A DNA stretch of 39,180 nucleotides, from sequence record ON528717; one strand, given 5' to 3'. A model generated the notes under the pieces. The model was not told the origin of the DNA. It did no database searches and was given only the letters and a program-made list of their open reading frames with translations. A program made the translations under genes and the position numbers. Source of the DNA: Shigella phage ESh3. Positions 38,925 through 39,180 of this stretch are shown here, in pieces. Every line of letters begins with the position of its first letter. Position 1 is the stretch's first letter.

Positions 38925-38967
38925 CTCAAGGTCGCTCCTAGCGAGTGGCCTTTATGATTATCACTTT
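38925..38967 (+). promoter_or_regulatory. RNase III-type site, copy b of the 43-bp direct repeat (42/43 identical to copy a)
   Basis: ctcaaggtcgctcctagcgagtggcctttatgattatcactt; upstream gtgata also shared with copy a. Confidence 0.6.
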
Positions 38968-38988
38968 TACTTATGGGAGTAATACACA

Positions 38989-39117
38989 ATGCTTACTATC
39001 GGTCTACTCACCGCTCTAGGTCTAGCTGTAGGCGCATCCTTTGGGAAGTCTTTGGGTGTCGCTGTAGGCGCTTACTTGGTCGCTTGTATCATCACGGGAG
39101 CACTACGCAAATGCTGA
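38989..39117 (+). CDS. 0.5: small hydrophobic membrane peptide at the gene 0.5 position
   Basis: 42 aa MLTIGLLTALGLAVGASFGKSLGVAVGAYLVACIITGALRKC; RBS gggag 9 nt upstream; Gly/Ala-rich TM-like. Confidence 0.6.
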   Translation: MLTIGLLTALGLAVGASFGKSLGVAVGAYLVACIITGALRKC

Positions 39118-39128
39118 AACAGCACGGT

Positions 39129-39180
39129 ATGAAACACTACGTTATGCCCATCCACACTTCCAACGGGGCAACTGTATGCA
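39129..39180 (+). CDS. 0.6: gene 0.6A, N-terminal part (continues at window position 1)
   Basis: ATG 39129 then MKHYVMPIHTSNGATVC, open to the end of the window and in frame with 1..107. Confidence 0.6.
   Translation, partial: MKHYVMPIHTSNGATVC

Overview
The window is not a bacterial island but an essentially complete genome (39,180 bp) of a T7-like lytic podophage (Teseptimavirus type), with every gene on the + strand in the canonical T7 order. The record is circularly permuted: it starts inside early gene 0.6, runs through genes 0.7 to 19.5, crosses the physical genome end (terminal repeat starting near 37182, present as one collapsed copy), then continues through the left-end promoters and genes 0.3 (ocr), 0.4 and 0.5 back to the start. 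About 17 phage RNA-polymerase promoters (TAATACGACTCACTATAGGGAGA and class II variants), three host sigma70 early promoters, the TE and Tphi terminators, RNase III sites and the AT-rich origin after phi1.1A/B are recognisable by eye. Identification rests on recognition of the T7 RNA polymerase, ligase, SSB, primase-helicase, DNA polymerase, portal, capsid, core and terminase proteins and of the promoter consensus; no search was run, and all comparisons to T7 are from memory. I do not see a multi-gene defence or anti-defence system of a novel type. What departs from T7 is accessory: (1) a tail fibre with a T7-like N-terminus, a different distal region and a C-terminal intramolecular-chaperone/S74 self-cleaving domain; (2) a 66-aa early ORF bracketed by a duplicated 43-bp RNase III-type site; (3) a free-standing zinc-finger HNH endonuclease between gene 1.2 and the ligase; (4) a 38-codon Cys-rich micro-ORF translationally coupled between genes 5.5 and 5.7; (5) no ORFs at the T7 2.8, 3.8, 5.3 and 7.7 positions. 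All minus-strand ORFs in the track are treated as antisense shadows.
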